This document shows, in pieces, positions 1 to 9,978 of a stretch of DNA of 48,070 nt (position 1 is the stretch's first letter; each line of letters opens with the position of its first letter). A program made the translations under genes and the position numbers. The notes beneath the pieces were generated by a model that was not told the origin of the DNA, ran no database searches, and was given only the letters and a program-made list of their open reading frames with translations. The DNA comes from a virus (taxonomy: Duplodnaviria; Caudoviricetes), in the IMG/VR virus record IMGVR_UViG_3300006129_000002, positions 1 through 48,070 of that record; one strand, 5' to 3'.

Positions 1-100
1 TATCGGGAGGCGCGGCGGCAATCTCCGCAGCGTCTCTTCCGCTCCCCTCGGGCGCGGCTACGTCGGCTTTGCAGACCACGGGCAATTCCTATCTTTCGAC
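1..100. repeat. Terminal 100-bp direct repeat (identical to 47971-48070); circular assembly overlap
   Basis: tatcgggagg...atctttcgac occurs exactly at both ends, and the reading frame is continuous across the junction. Confidence 0.93.
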
Positions 101-1436
101 TCTGGCCGGCGTTGTATCGGGAGGCGCAGCGGCAATCTCCGCAGCGTCCCTCCCGCTCCCCGCAGGCGCGGCGACGTCAGCCAATCAGGCGACTATGATC
201 ACCGCCATCAATCAGTTGCATACCGACTTGATTGCGCCGCTTCCTTCGGGAACCAATTTGATCGGGGCGGTCAACCTCGACATTGCCGGCGCGGCGGTCT
301 CACAAACCAATCCGGCATATACGTCGCCTTCGACGGCTCAAGGTTCGACCACGGCCGGCCAATATGGCAACTTGACGCTTGCCGCCGTCACCACCGCCGC
401 CCCGTCCTACACGACCGCTCAAAGTTCACCCTTGTCGCTCACCGTAGCGGGCGCGCTTCGTGGCGACATGTCGTCCTACGCGGGAACGGCCCTTACCGGC
501 ACCGTGACCGCCTATGGGACGGCTCCGTCCGGAAACGTGTTCGGCGTCAATGCGGCGATCACGCAGGGCACGCTGACGACCGTCAGCACAGTCACTTCGT
601 TGTCGCAAATTGCGGGCTCCGTCCCGCAAATGAACATCGCCAACGGCTCGACCAACAAAGAAGTCGGCGTTTCGGTGGCGACCGCCATTTCGCAGACCGA
701 CGTGAGCGCGGGCGCTTTTGCTGGCGCGGGCAGGGTCAACGGTACGATCATCGCTTCGGCGGCCGGCTCGGGCGCGTGGGTATCGGCCGAAATTAACGTT
801 TCGACCTTGACGCTCGGGACTGCGACAGCGGTCTTTGCGATTCTTCAGGAAAGCCGCGGCGGTTCCAATTTCTCGGACATTTGGACTTCTGATCCGATCA
901 CCACCACGAGCACTGTCTCCATGCCGGCGCTCCCTGTCGGCGGCCGGCGACGGTGGTCTTTCTTCTCTTGTGGCGGAACGTCCACCACCGTTACGGCCAC
1001 AATCACCGCTCTCGAATTGCCCCCAATGGCCGCGCCTTTGGTGCGCCAGGCGCGCGACTTCTATGCGGCCACCAACCCGCTTGCCTCGATGTTCAATTCG
1101 ACGGCGCTCACCGCCTCAAACTTTGTGCTCTCGACCCTCAACAGCGCGACGACGCCGCTTTATGTCGAAGGCACGAAACTCGTCACGGCTTTCATGATCC
1201 TAGCCGGCAGCCCGACCGTTACCACACAGCCCGTCGTGACGATGCAAGGTTCTATGGACGGGACTAACTGGTTTACGATCTCGGGTTCGACAATGACCGC
1301 GGCGGGGAATGGCATGTATGCCGCATCGGTAGCGAATACCGCTTTCAAGTGGGTCCGTCTTGCGGTCACGACGGCGGCGGCCTACTCCGCCGGCTCTTAT
1401 ACCATCTCGAATATTGGCGTAAACGCGGTGAACTGA
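1..1436 (+). CDS. 3' part of the wrap-around A/T/S/G-rich structural protein (putative fibre/appendage)
   Basis: Open frame from position 3 to TGA 1436. Beta-rich C-terminus (VTMQGSMDGTNWFTI...FKWVRLAV). Lies between the tail terminator and sheath genes. Confidence 0.75.
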   Translation, partial: SGGAAAISAASLPLPSGAATSALQTTGNSYLSTLAGVVSGGAAAISAASLPLPAGAATSANQATMITAINQLHTDLIAPLPSGTNLIGAVNLDIAGAAVSQTNPAYTSPSTAQGSTTAGQYGNLTLAAVTTAAPSYTTAQSSPLSLTVAGALRGDMSSYAGTALTGTVTAYGTAPSGNVFGVNAAITQGTLTTVSTVTSLSQIAGSVPQMNIANGSTNKEVGVSVATAISQTDVSAGAFAGAGRVNGTIIASAAGSGAWVSAEINVSTLTLGTATAVFAILQESRGGSNFSDIWTSDPITTTSTVSMPALPVGGRRRWSFFSCGGTSTTVTATITALELPPMAAPLVRQARDFYAATNPLASMFNSTALTASNFVLSTLNSATTPLYVEGTKLVTAFMILAGSPTVTTQPVVTMQGSMDGTNWFTISGSTMTAAGNGMYAASVANTAFKWVRLAVTTAAAYSAGSYTISNIGVNAVN

Positions 1437-1444
1437 CAGCCGTA

Positions 1445-1473
1445 TCGACAAGGCGGAAACTTCCCGCTAGTAT
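1445..1473 (+). promoter_or_regulatory. Putative sigma70-type promoter for the tail operon
   Basis: TCGACA-N17-TAGTAT (GCTAGTAT) in the intergenic gap before the sheath gene. Confidence 0.45.
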
Positions 1474-1509
1474 GGCGCAAAGGTCTATCCGGCTCGAAGG
1501 CTCTGAACG

Positions 1510-3000
1510 ATGACGCAAGCGATTCCCGCCTCCCTATTCGTCAGCGTTTCGCCCGGCGTGATCTCCGCCGGCGGATCGGCGCTCGACGTCGTCGGTCTCT
1601 TTCTCACCAACTCGACGCAAGTCCCCATCGGAACTGTGATCAGCTTCGCGTCGGCCGCCGCCGTCGGGACTTACTTCGGGCTGGCATCGGCGGAATACGC
1701 CGCGGCGGTGGTCTATTTCAACGGGTTCGACAATTCGCCCAAAAAGCCCGGCGCGGTCAAATTCGCCCAATACAACACTGTCGCGACATCCGGGTATGTG
1801 CGCGGCGGGGCGATCACCCTGGCGCAAGTCCAAGCGATCACCAGCGGCACGCTCTCGATCACGCCCGACGGTGGCGCGGTCAAAACGTCGAGCTCGCTGA
1901 ACCTGTCAAGCGCGGTTTCGCTTTCGGCCGCGGCGGCGACAATCACGGCGGCCTTCACGTCTCCCGGCTTTGTCGTCACCTACGACAGCCTTTCCGGCGC
2001 ATTCGTCGTTACGTCCAATTCAACCGGCTCGACAAGCTCCATCGTCGTCAGCGCGGGCGCGGTGGCCACCGCTCTTAACCTCACCGCGGCGACCGGCGCG
2101 GTCACTTCGCCAGGGGCGGCCGCAGCGACGCCGGGCGCATTCATGTCGGCGTTGACGACCATTTCGCAAGATTGGGTCAGCTTCAGCACGCTTTGGGAGC
2201 CGGTCACTTCAGACGGCCTGGCTTTCGCTAATTGGACAAGCGGGCAGAATAACCGATACGCGTTCGTCGCGTGGGATACCGACGCGCAAGCCTACGTCAA
2301 TAACTCGACAACGTCTCTCGCCTATCTGGTCAAGGCGGCCAACGACTCGGGCACGATCCTCGTTTACAGCCCGACCAACCTCGCGCTCATGGCCGCGTTC
2401 ATCATGGGCGCAATCGCAAGCCAAGACTTCACGGCGCTAAATGGCCGCGTGACTTTGGCTTTCCGTTCGCAATCCGGTCTCCCGGCCGACGTGTCGAGCC
2501 AGACCATCGCCGCGCAATTGACGCTCAACGGCTACAATTGGTATGGCGCTGTCGCCACCGCGAACCAGGGTTTTACGTTCCTGTCGAATGGCCAGATCAG
2601 CGGGGTCTTCCTGTGGGTCGATAGCTTCATCAACCAAATCTGGATGAATTCGGCTTTCCAATTGGCGTTGCTGTCTTTGATGACGGCCGTCGGAAATATC
2701 CCCTTCAACCCCGCCGGCCGCAATTTGATCGCTTCGGCGCTCAATGATCCGATCAACGCCGCGGTGCGCTTTGGCGCAATTCGGCCGGGGGTCACGCTGT
2801 CGGCTCTGCAAGTCGCGGAGGTGAACAACGCCGCTGGCTTTGACATCGCGACCACGATTCAAGCGCGCGGGTGGTATTTGCTGATCCCGGACGTCTCGGC
2901 TCAAGTGCGCGCGTCGCGCGGCCCGCAACCCATCACCTTCTGGTACACCGATGGCCAGTCGGTGCAGTCCATCGCCCTCGGATCGTTGGAGATTCAATAG
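1510..3000 (+). CDS. Tail sheath protein (DUF3383 family)
   Basis: 496 aa. N-term IPASLFVSVSPGVISAGG, C-term FWYTDGQSVQSI typical of DUF3383 sheaths. Precedes tube gene. Confidence 0.88.
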   Translation: MTQAIPASLFVSVSPGVISAGGSALDVVGLFLTNSTQVPIGTVISFASAAAVGTYFGLASAEYAAAVVYFNGFDNSPKKPGAVKFAQYNTVATSGYVRGGAITLAQVQAITSGTLSITPDGGAVKTSSSLNLSSAVSLSAAAATITAAFTSPGFVVTYDSLSGAFVVTSNSTGSTSSIVVSAGAVATALNLTAATGAVTSPGAAAATPGAFMSALTTISQDWVSFSTLWEPVTSDGLAFANWTSGQNNRYAFVAWDTDAQAYVNNSTTSLAYLVKAANDSGTILVYSPTNLALMAAFIMGAIASQDFTALNGRVTLAFRSQSGLPADVSSQTIAAQLTLNGYNWYGAVATANQGFTFLSNGQISGVFLWVDSFINQIWMNSAFQLALLSLMTAVGNIPFNPAGRNLIASALNDPINAAVRFGAIRPGVTLSALQVAEVNNAAGFDIATTIQARGWYLLIPDVSAQVRASRGPQPITFWYTDGQSVQSIALGSLEIQ

Positions 3001-3437
3001 TGGCCACCAATACGATCACAAGCGCCGACTGCACTTTCCTGATCACCATTGCGGGGCTGTTCACTTCGCCCGTGCAGCTTCAAGGCTTCGCCGCGGACCG
3101 GGCTTTCGAAACGGCGGCGGTGGACGTCGCAGAGCTTGTTATGGGCGTCGATGGCAACCTTTCCGCCGGATGGGTTCCCTACATTTGCCCCATGACCGTC
3201 TCAGTCATGCCTGACAGCTTGTCTTCGACGGTTTTCGAGTCGTGGGCGGAAGCGGAGGTTTCGGGCCGCGTCAAGCTTCGTGCGGATGGCGTTATCGACA
3301 TCCCCGGCACGGGTCGGCGATACACGCTCACCAAGGGCTTCATGACCAATTACACGCCGATTCCGCCGGCCGCCCGCGTGCTGCAAGCCCGAAGCTTCGG
3401 CCTGTCGTGGAACCGCGTTTCGGCGGCCCCGCGCTGA
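3000..3437 (+). CDS. Tail tube protein
   Basis: GTG at 3000 overlaps the sheath stop. TITSAD...QLQGFAAD...MGVDGNLSAGWV pattern; synteny. Confidence 0.8.
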   Translation: MATNTITSADCTFLITIAGLFTSPVQLQGFAADRAFETAAVDVAELVMGVDGNLSAGWVPYICPMTVSVMPDSLSSTVFESWAEAEVSGRVKLRADGVIDIPGTGRRYTLTKGFMTNYTPIPPAARVLQARSFGLSWNRVSAAPR

Positions 3438-3438
3438 C

Positions 3439-3879
3439 GTGCGAAACAGTAAGGAAATAGTGATCCCGCTCGACGGGCGCGATCTCGGCAAACGGTTCAA
3501 GATTACCGAAATGCCGGCGAGCCAGGGCGAAGCGTGGGCGATCCGCGCGCTCACCGCAATGTGTCGCAGCAACGTGGAAATCCCCGAGAGCGTGATCTCC
3601 GCCGGATGGGGCGCAATAGCGTTCATGGGCCTTCGCGCCTTTCTGTCGGCTCCCTACGAAGACGTGGGGCCATTGCTGGCGGAAATGATGTCGTGCGTGC
3701 AATCGATCCAAGATGCGGGGGTTCGGCCCTTGATCGAAGACGACATCGAAGAGATTGCGACGCGGGCTTTTTTGCGTGACGAGGTGTTCAAGTTACACGC
3801 AAATTTTTCCTTGATCGACAGTCTGTTGACTGCCGCCGCAGCGATACCGGACACCGCCCCCGCTACGCCCGAGTCTTGA
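3439..3879 (+). CDS. Tail assembly chaperone (gpG-like)
   Basis: GRDLGKRFKITEMPASQGEAWAIRA; position between tube and tape measure. Confidence 0.8.
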   Translation: MRNSKEIVIPLDGRDLGKRFKITEMPASQGEAWAIRALTAMCRSNVEIPESVISAGWGAIAFMGLRAFLSAPYEDVGPLLAEMMSCVQSIQDAGVRPLIEDDIEEIATRAFLRDEVFKLHANFSLIDSLLTAAAAIPDTAPATPES

Positions 3880-4037
3880 ACGTCCCGGCGTCAATTGCCG
3901 CCGTGATCACCGCAAACCTCGCGACGCTCCATGAACTTGACACGGTCTATGGGGTAGCCGATCTTTACCGCCTGGTGGAGATTGCCACCGTCAACGCCTT
4001 CAACGAGTGGGTTGCGAGCAATGCCGACCGTCATTGA
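3801..4037 (+). CDS. -1 frameshift extension of the tail chaperone (gpGT-like); slippery heptamer A AAT TTT at 3801-3807
   Basis: In-frame X XXY YYZ heptamer. The -1 frame is open to TGA 4037 and encodes NVPASIAAVITANLATLHELDTVYGVADLYRLVEI. Confidence 0.75.
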   Translation, partial: KFFLDRQSVDCRRSDTGHRPRYARVLNVPASIAAVITANLATLHELDTVYGVADLYRLVEIATVNAFNEWVASNADRH

Positions 4038-5625
4038 CGCTTTCCTAGTCAAGCTCACGCTTGACGGTTCCGGCTTTGAAAAGGGTCGGAAGGAAAACGA
4101 CAAATCGCGCAAAGAGCTCAAGGACGGATGGGACAAGACCGGGAAAGACCTGGCAAAGAGCAACCGTGAAATAGCCGACAGCTTCACCAAGATCAGCCGA
4201 AGCGCCGCCGGCGTGGTGGCCACGGTGGTGGGCGCTAATGGCCTGGCCGAATACATCGGCAAGACCGTCGTCCAGTTTTCCAACCTCGACCGGGCGGCCA
4301 AAGCGGCGGGGCTTAGCGTTTCGCAATTCCGGGCCTTCGGCGACGTCATCGCCAAAAACGGAGGCGACGCCAACGTGGCGCGCGGAAGTGTCGCCGGGCT
4401 CGCGTCGCAGCTTTACCAGTGGCGCACCTTTGGGACCGCCTCGACGGGGCTGATCACGGCGGCGCAACAGACGGGCATTCAGTCGGGCGACAACGCGCTA
4501 GGGGCCATCGACAAATTCGCCAAATGGGCACAGGGCCGCAATCCGCAAGAAGTCAGCGCGTTCGGCCAAATGCTCGGGCTGGACGAAGCGACTATCGATC
4601 AGGCGATGAAAGGCCAGGGCGCGTTGCGCGGGGCCATGTCGGACGCCATGAAAAACCAGCCGTCGCAAGACGCCGTGACCAAGGTTCGCGACCTGCAAAA
4701 ATCGTGGGCGGACTTGACGCAGGCGGTAGTGGGCGACGCGAATGCGCTCCTAGCCGACTGGTCGCCGGCCATGTCTGGCGTGCTCAAGTTGGTCACGGAG
4801 GGCATTCAGAAATTCCCGGAGCTCACCAAAGCGATCCTCTTGGCCGGCGTCGCCGCGACGGGGCTAAGCGGCTTGGGAATGGTGCGTGGGCTTCTCGGGC
4901 TAGGCGGCGGTGCGGCCGCGGCCGGCGCGGGGGCGGCAACGGCTGGCGGAGGCATTGGATCGGCGCTTTTGGGCGCGGCGCTGTCTCCGCTCGGCGTGAC
5001 GGCCGCGGCTGGCGCGATCATCGCCACGCCGACGCAGCTTGCAAACAGCGACCGACCGAACAACCTGGCCGCCCGGAAAGCGGCAATCCGCAATTACCTT
5101 TTGTCGCACAATGTCCCCGGATATGCCGTTGACGGCATCGTCGCCGGCATGATGGCGGAAAATGGCGGCCTCGATCCCGGAGCGACCAACCCCACGGCGG
5201 CCGGCGATGGATCGCACGCCCATGGGCTGCTGCAACTTACCGGCGCTCGACAGGCGGCATATCGCAAGGCGACCGGCAAAGACTGGGGGTCTTCGTCCAT
5301 GACGGATCAACTCGCCTGGATGATCCAAGAATTCAACGGCCCGGAAAAACGCGCCTACGGTCGCATTCTCGGGGCCGGCAATGCGCAAGGGTCGATGGCC
5401 GCTTACGTCAAAGATTATATGCGTCCGGGCGAAGGCGAAGTCGCGGGCGACCTTATGCGGGGCAATCGCGCGCTCGGGGCCGGGTCGGCCGACGTCACGG
5501 TCAACACCGGCCCCGTGACCATCAACACGCAAGCGACCGACGCCGCGGGCATCGCCGCGGACTTCAACGCTGAAATGCTTCGACAGTCCATGGCCGCGCA
5601 AGCGAACACGGGGCAGACCCCGTGA
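4021..5625 (+). CDS. Tape measure protein with C-terminal phage tail lysozyme-like domain
   Basis: ATG 4021 MPTVIDAFLVKLTLD. Ala/Gly-rich helical body. C-term GIVAGMMAENGGLDP...GLLQLTGARQ...QLAWMIQEF. Confidence 0.85.
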   Translation: MPTVIDAFLVKLTLDGSGFEKGRKENDKSRKELKDGWDKTGKDLAKSNREIADSFTKISRSAAGVVATVVGANGLAEYIGKTVVQFSNLDRAAKAAGLSVSQFRAFGDVIAKNGGDANVARGSVAGLASQLYQWRTFGTASTGLITAAQQTGIQSGDNALGAIDKFAKWAQGRNPQEVSAFGQMLGLDEATIDQAMKGQGALRGAMSDAMKNQPSQDAVTKVRDLQKSWADLTQAVVGDANALLADWSPAMSGVLKLVTEGIQKFPELTKAILLAGVAATGLSGLGMVRGLLGLGGGAAAAGAGAATAGGGIGSALLGAALSPLGVTAAAGAIIATPTQLANSDRPNNLAARKAAIRNYLLSHNVPGYAVDGIVAGMMAENGGLDPGATNPTAAGDGSHAHGLLQLTGARQAAYRKATGKDWGSSSMTDQLAWMIQEFNGPEKRAYGRILGAGNAQGSMAAYVKDYMRPGEGEVAGDLMRGNRALGAGSADVTVNTGPVTINTQATDAAGIAADFNAEMLRQSMAAQANTGQTP

Positions 5626-6524
5626 CCACATTCCCTAACATTCCGGACGTTCCTGGCGTTCCTCCGATTGCTCGCCAGGCTGGCGCGGCGCTCGACACGC
5701 TGTCGGGCCTTTTTACCGGCCAGGCGAACCTTTCCAACGGGAACCTCGCCGGCCTGGTGGTCGGCACGCTCAGCCAAGCTTCTGGCGTCGTCCAGACCAT
5801 CACAGGCGCGCTTCGTGGCGTCGTGGACCTGAATACCTTCCAATTCTCTGGAAGCCTGTCGGGGCCGCTCTCTGGCACAATCAAGGGCATCCTGACGGCC
5901 ACGTCTCTGGACGGGACCACCGGGACGCTTTCCGGAGCGCTTTCGGCATCGATCTCCAATATTGCGGGCAAGCTGACAAATGGCGTTTTGACGAGTGACG
6001 CGCCAAGCGCCATCAAATCGGCCGGCCCGCAATATTGGGGAATTTACGATCATGACGGTGCGCCGGTCATTGTCGTCGATTCGGTGGTTGAGCTCGACTT
6101 CCGCAAAGAAAGCGACATTCCCGAATACCCCGTCGAGAAAGGCGCGTTCGAAAGCTACAACAAGGTCGAGCGTCCCTACGAGGCGACAATCTCGATGAAC
6201 AAGGGCGGATCGTCGGCAGAGCGCAAGGCGTTCCTCGACACGCTGGAAACGCTTCGCGCCTCGACCGACACTTACCAAGTCGTCATGCCCGAGAAGTCCT
6301 ATCACCAAGCCTCGGTGGTGGACTATGATTTTGACCGGGCGTCGGACAAAGGCGCGGGGCTGATCACGGCGCGCGTGCGGCTCAAGGAAGTCCGGTCGGC
6401 CGCGCGTGCGGCCTTTACCCTAGTCAAGAGCGCAAGCGCGGCGGCCACGCAAGACACGGGCCAGGTGCAAACCCAAACGCCTACGAAAAGCCAGGCGGCC
6501 GCCATGGGGACGGGGCCACAATGA
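5622..6524 (+). CDS. Baseplate/tail initiator (Dit-like) protein
   Basis: YPVEKGAFESYNKVERPY motif; directly follows the tape measure gene. Confidence 0.7.
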   Translation: MTTFPNIPDVPGVPPIARQAGAALDTLSGLFTGQANLSNGNLAGLVVGTLSQASGVVQTITGALRGVVDLNTFQFSGSLSGPLSGTIKGILTATSLDGTTGTLSGALSASISNIAGKLTNGVLTSDAPSAIKSAGPQYWGIYDHDGAPVIVVDSVVELDFRKESDIPEYPVEKGAFESYNKVERPYEATISMNKGGSSAERKAFLDTLETLRASTDTYQVVMPEKSYHQASVVDYDFDRASDKGAGLITARVRLKEVRSAARAAFTLVKSASAAATQDTGQVQTQTPTKSQAAAMGTGPQ

Positions 6525-6820
6525 CCGCTCAAATCATTCCCCTTGCCGCAACGCCCAATCAGACGCTCACCGTGCAGCTTGCCGGCCAGCAGACCCGAAT
6601 TAACATTTATCAGAAGGGCGCAAGCCTTTTTGTTGATGTCTTCGTCAATGACGCGCCGATCACGCAGGGGCGCATCGCGCGCAATTCCTGCAAGCTCATT
6701 CGCGACGCGTATCTTGGTTTCATTGGCGACCTGTCTTTTTTCGACACTCAAGGCGTTGACGATCCCGCTTACACGGGCCTCGGAGCGCGGTGGATTCTGG
6801 CGTATCTGCCCCCGTCATGA
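6521..6820 (+). CDS. Small baseplate protein
   Basis: IPLAATPNQTLTVQL...YLGFIGDLSFFDTQGVDDPAYTGLGARW; ATGA overlaps with neighbours. Confidence 0.7.
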   Translation: MTAQIIPLAATPNQTLTVQLAGQQTRINIYQKGASLFVDVFVNDAPITQGRIARNSCKLIRDAYLGFIGDLSFFDTQGVDDPAYTGLGARWILAYLPPS

Positions 6821-7695
6821 GCCTGATCAAACGCAAAATCGACGTCACCATCACGCTTGGGACCGGCAGCTTCGGCGAAGACCCGGCCGGATCGGCAAAC
6901 ACCGTGACCCTTACCGGGCTCAAGGTCGCCGCATCGATCTCAAAAGGTTCGCTTCCGACGTTGGACCGGGCCAATATCCGCGTTTGGGGAATGTCGCTTT
7001 CCCTGCTCAACCAGTTGACCCGGCTCGGCAAGCCCTTGGCCGCCATCCGCGACAATACGATCAGCCTTTCCGCCGGCGACGACGTGTCGGGAATGTCGCA
7101 AGTTTTCACCGGCACGATCTACAGCGCATATGCCGATTTTGAAAACATGCCCAACGTCGCCTTGACTGTGTCGGCGCTCAACGGCCTGGTTGATCTCACA
7201 AAGCCCGTCGCGCCGGCGTCATTTCCCCAAGGCGGCGACGTGGCGACCATATGCGCTCAGATCGCCGCGGCCATGGGAAAGCCCTTTGTTAACCACGGGG
7301 TCACGGTGCGACTCGGGCCTAGCTATTTCCCCGGCACGTCAATTGACCAGCTTCGCAAGGTTTGCCGGGACGCCAATATCTTCGCGCTCACCAATGGCGG
7401 CCCTAATGGCGACGCGGTGGAAATCTGGCCGAAGGGTTCGGCTCGCGGCGGCCTGATCCCGGTCATTTCGCCCGAGACGGGCTTAGTGAAATATCCGCGC
7501 TTCAGTGATCAGGGCGTCGCCGTGACGACGCTCTACAATCCGGGACTGTCATTCAACGGCCAGTTTGAATTGCGATCATCCGTCACGCCGGCGAATAAGG
7601 TTTGGACCATATACGACCTGACCTATGAGCTTGAAAGCGAAACGCCGGGCGGCAAATGGTTCTGCAACATCGGTGGGAGGCTTGAAGCCCTATGA
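6817..7695 (+). CDS. Baseplate hub protein
   Basis: ATG 6817. KRKIDVTITL...ISPETGLVKYP...LESETPGGKW; synteny. Confidence 0.72.
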   Translation: MSLIKRKIDVTITLGTGSFGEDPAGSANTVTLTGLKVAASISKGSLPTLDRANIRVWGMSLSLLNQLTRLGKPLAAIRDNTISLSAGDDVSGMSQVFTGTIYSAYADFENMPNVALTVSALNGLVDLTKPVAPASFPQGGDVATICAQIAAAMGKPFVNHGVTVRLGPSYFPGTSIDQLRKVCRDANIFALTNGGPNGDAVEIWPKGSARGGLIPVISPETGLVKYPRFSDQGVAVTTLYNPGLSFNGQFELRSSVTPANKVWTIYDLTYELESETPGGKWFCNIGGRLEAL

Positions 7696-8312
7696 GCAAT
7701 CAAGGCTACATCGGCCAGCAGCGTCCCGAATCGACGACGTCAGATTACGGCGTGCAAGAATTCATCATCTCGCAAATCATCAACCGGCTTGCGACGGCAA
7801 CCCTGGCGGTGGTGAAAGAGGCGACGGCGACCCGCGTCGCGGTGCAACCGCTTGTCGCTCAAATCGACGGGCAGGGCAACACGACCGCGCACGGGACAAT
7901 ATACGACCTCCCGTTTTTTCGGCTTCAGGCCGGCGCGTCCGCCGTGATCATTGACCCGCAAGTCGGCGACATTGGTCTATGCCTGTTTTGTCATAACGAC
8001 ATTTCCGCCGTGAAGGCGACAAAAGCGCCAGGGCCGCCCGGATCGTTTCGTCGCTATGATTGGGCCGACGGCATCTATTTAGGCGGTTTGCTCAACGGTG
8101 CGGCGACACAATTTTTGCATCTGGCCGCGGATGGGGCATATTTGACCTCGACAGCCAAGGTCACGCTGACCGCTCCGGAGATTGACATTGTGGGACATCT
8201 TAAGGTGACGGGCGATCTCGACGTGTCGGGTTCGAGCGCGCTAGGCGGGGCCGGCGGCCTGGCGCTCAAACGTAGCGACGGGAGCAACGCCACCAAGGTC
8301 ACGGGGGTTTGA
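7692..8312 (+). CDS. Baseplate central spike (Gp138/gpV-like)
   Basis: VQPLVAQIDG...IIDPQVGDIGL...PGSFRRYDWADGIYLGG. Confidence 0.8.
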   Translation: MSNQGYIGQQRPESTTSDYGVQEFIISQIINRLATATLAVVKEATATRVAVQPLVAQIDGQGNTTAHGTIYDLPFFRLQAGASAVIIDPQVGDIGLCLFCHNDISAVKATKAPGPPGSFRRYDWADGIYLGGLLNGAATQFLHLAADGAYLTSTAKVTLTAPEIDIVGHLKVTGDLDVSGSSALGGAGGLALKRSDGSNATKVTGV

Positions 8313-8771
8313 ATGCAAACGCTTCTGCTGGATCGCAATACGTGGGACTTGGTTCTCGACGTGCAAGGCAATATCGCTTTGGCGTCGGACCCTTACAGTG
8401 TCGCGCAAGACGTCGCGAGCGCGGTGCGCCTGTTCCTTGGCGAACTCTGGTATGACGCTGGCGAGGGCGTCCCCTATTTCGCGCAAGTGCTCGGGCAAAA
8501 CACGCCGCTCGAATTGATCAAGCAACTGTTTGTCACGGCGGCGCTCACGGTTCCGGAAGTCATTTCGGCGCAAGTCTATTTCAATGCGATCAACAATCGC
8601 GGGCTGACCGGCCAAATTCAATTCTCGTACATGACCCCAAGCGCCGCCGCGTCGTCTCGCTTCGGTGGCGAAGTCGTGTGGGGCGTGCTAACTTTCGTTG
8701 GCACGCCCGAAGGCGTCATCACTTTCGTGGGTAGCAGCGGCCTACCCGTCATTTTCGTGGGCACAACATGA
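8313..8771 (+). CDS. Baseplate wedge protein (gp25/W-like)
   Basis: TLLLDRNTWDLVLD...AQDVASAVRLFLGELWYD...GVPYF. Confidence 0.72.
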   Translation: MQTLLLDRNTWDLVLDVQGNIALASDPYSVAQDVASAVRLFLGELWYDAGEGVPYFAQVLGQNTPLELIKQLFVTAALTVPEVISAQVYFNAINNRGLTGQIQFSYMTPSAAASSRFGGEVVWGVLTFVGTPEGVITFVGSSGLPVIFVGTT

Positions 8772-9976
8772 CAACCAGCGTCCCCACAATCACTTTCGGA
8801 GCCAGCGGCTTCGTCGCGCCGGCGGAGTCGGCGATTCTGGCGGGCGTCCTGGCCGACTACAACACGGCCTTCGGGGGCAACCTCAACACTCAGCTAGACA
8901 CGCCTCAAGGACAATTGGCGAGCTCGACGGCGGCCATCATTGCCGACGCAAACGACGCTTTCCTGACCATCGCCAACGGGATTGACCCGGCCTATGCGGA
9001 CGGTCGCTTTCAGGACGCCATTGGCCGCATCTACTTTCTGACGCGCAACCCGGCAAGCTCGACCGTCGTCATCGGCACTTGCACCGGACTGCCTGGCGTC
9101 GTGATCCCCACGGGCGCGCTGGCCGTCGATACGGGCGGCAATCGCTATGCCGCGTCGGGGCCGGGAACGATAGGGGCCGGCGGCTCGGTCGATATTCAAT
9201 TTGTCTGCACGGCCACCGGCGCGATCCCGTGCGCCGTCGGGGCGCTCTCGACGATCTATCAAGCCATTCCCGGATGGGACAGCGTTACCAATGCGACGGA
9301 AGGCGTGCTCGGTTCCGACGTGGAGGGGCGTGCGGCCTTCGAAGCGCGTCGAGAGCAAAGCGTAGCGGCCAATGCGCTAGGCTCCCTCCCGTCCATTCTC
9401 GGGGCCATACTGGCCGTCCCTGGCGTCCTCGACGCCTATGTCACGGAAAACGTGACGGCGGGTTCAATCTCCATTGGCGGGGTGAGCGTGGCGGCCCATT
9501 CCCTCTATGCGTCGGTGGCCGGCGGAACCGACCTCGACGTGGCAACGGCGATATGGTCGCGCAAGTCCGTCGGGTGCGCCTACAATGGCAACACCACCGT
9601 GACGGTCACGGACAGTCGGAGCGGCTATGCCGTCCCATACCCGACATATTCCGTCACTTTTGAGCGTCCGACGTCGCTCCCCATCAAATTCGGTTTGACG
9701 ATCCGCAACAGCCCGGCGGTTCCCGGCGACTATCTCGACCAAATTCAGGACGCGATCATTGCCGCTTTTGCGGGCGATGACGGCGGCCCGCGGGCGCGAA
9801 TTGGCTCAGAGATTTTGGCGCTTCGCTTTTTTCAACCCGTCGCAGCGCTCGGGGCCTGGGCTCAAATCATTAGCCTTCAGATCGGCACAAGCACTCCGTC
9901 AAGCACATACGTCGATGTTCCGATCAATCAAGTCCCCACAATCTCCGCAAGCGATATTGTTGTGGCGCTAGTCTGA
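8768..9976 (+). CDS. Baseplate J-like protein
   Basis: FGGNLNTQLDTPQGQLASS...QDAIGRIYFLTR...EGRAAFEARR. Confidence 0.85.
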   Translation: MTTSVPTITFGASGFVAPAESAILAGVLADYNTAFGGNLNTQLDTPQGQLASSTAAIIADANDAFLTIANGIDPAYADGRFQDAIGRIYFLTRNPASSTVVIGTCTGLPGVVIPTGALAVDTGGNRYAASGPGTIGAGGSVDIQFVCTATGAIPCAVGALSTIYQAIPGWDSVTNATEGVLGSDVEGRAAFEARREQSVAANALGSLPSILGAILAVPGVLDAYVTENVTAGSISIGGVSVAAHSLYASVAGGTDLDVATAIWSRKSVGCAYNGNTTVTVTDSRSGYAVPYPTYSVTFERPTSLPIKFGLTIRNSPAVPGDYLDQIQDAIIAAFAGDDGGPRARIGSEILALRFFQPVAALGAWAQIISLQIGTSTPSSTYVDVPINQVPTISASDIVVALV

Positions 9977-9978
9977 TC

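Noticed and set aside
1-100. Biological direct terminal repeat
   Set aside because: It is exactly 100 bp, lies inside a coding tandem repeat and is far from the terminase/pac region. An assembler overlap explains it better.
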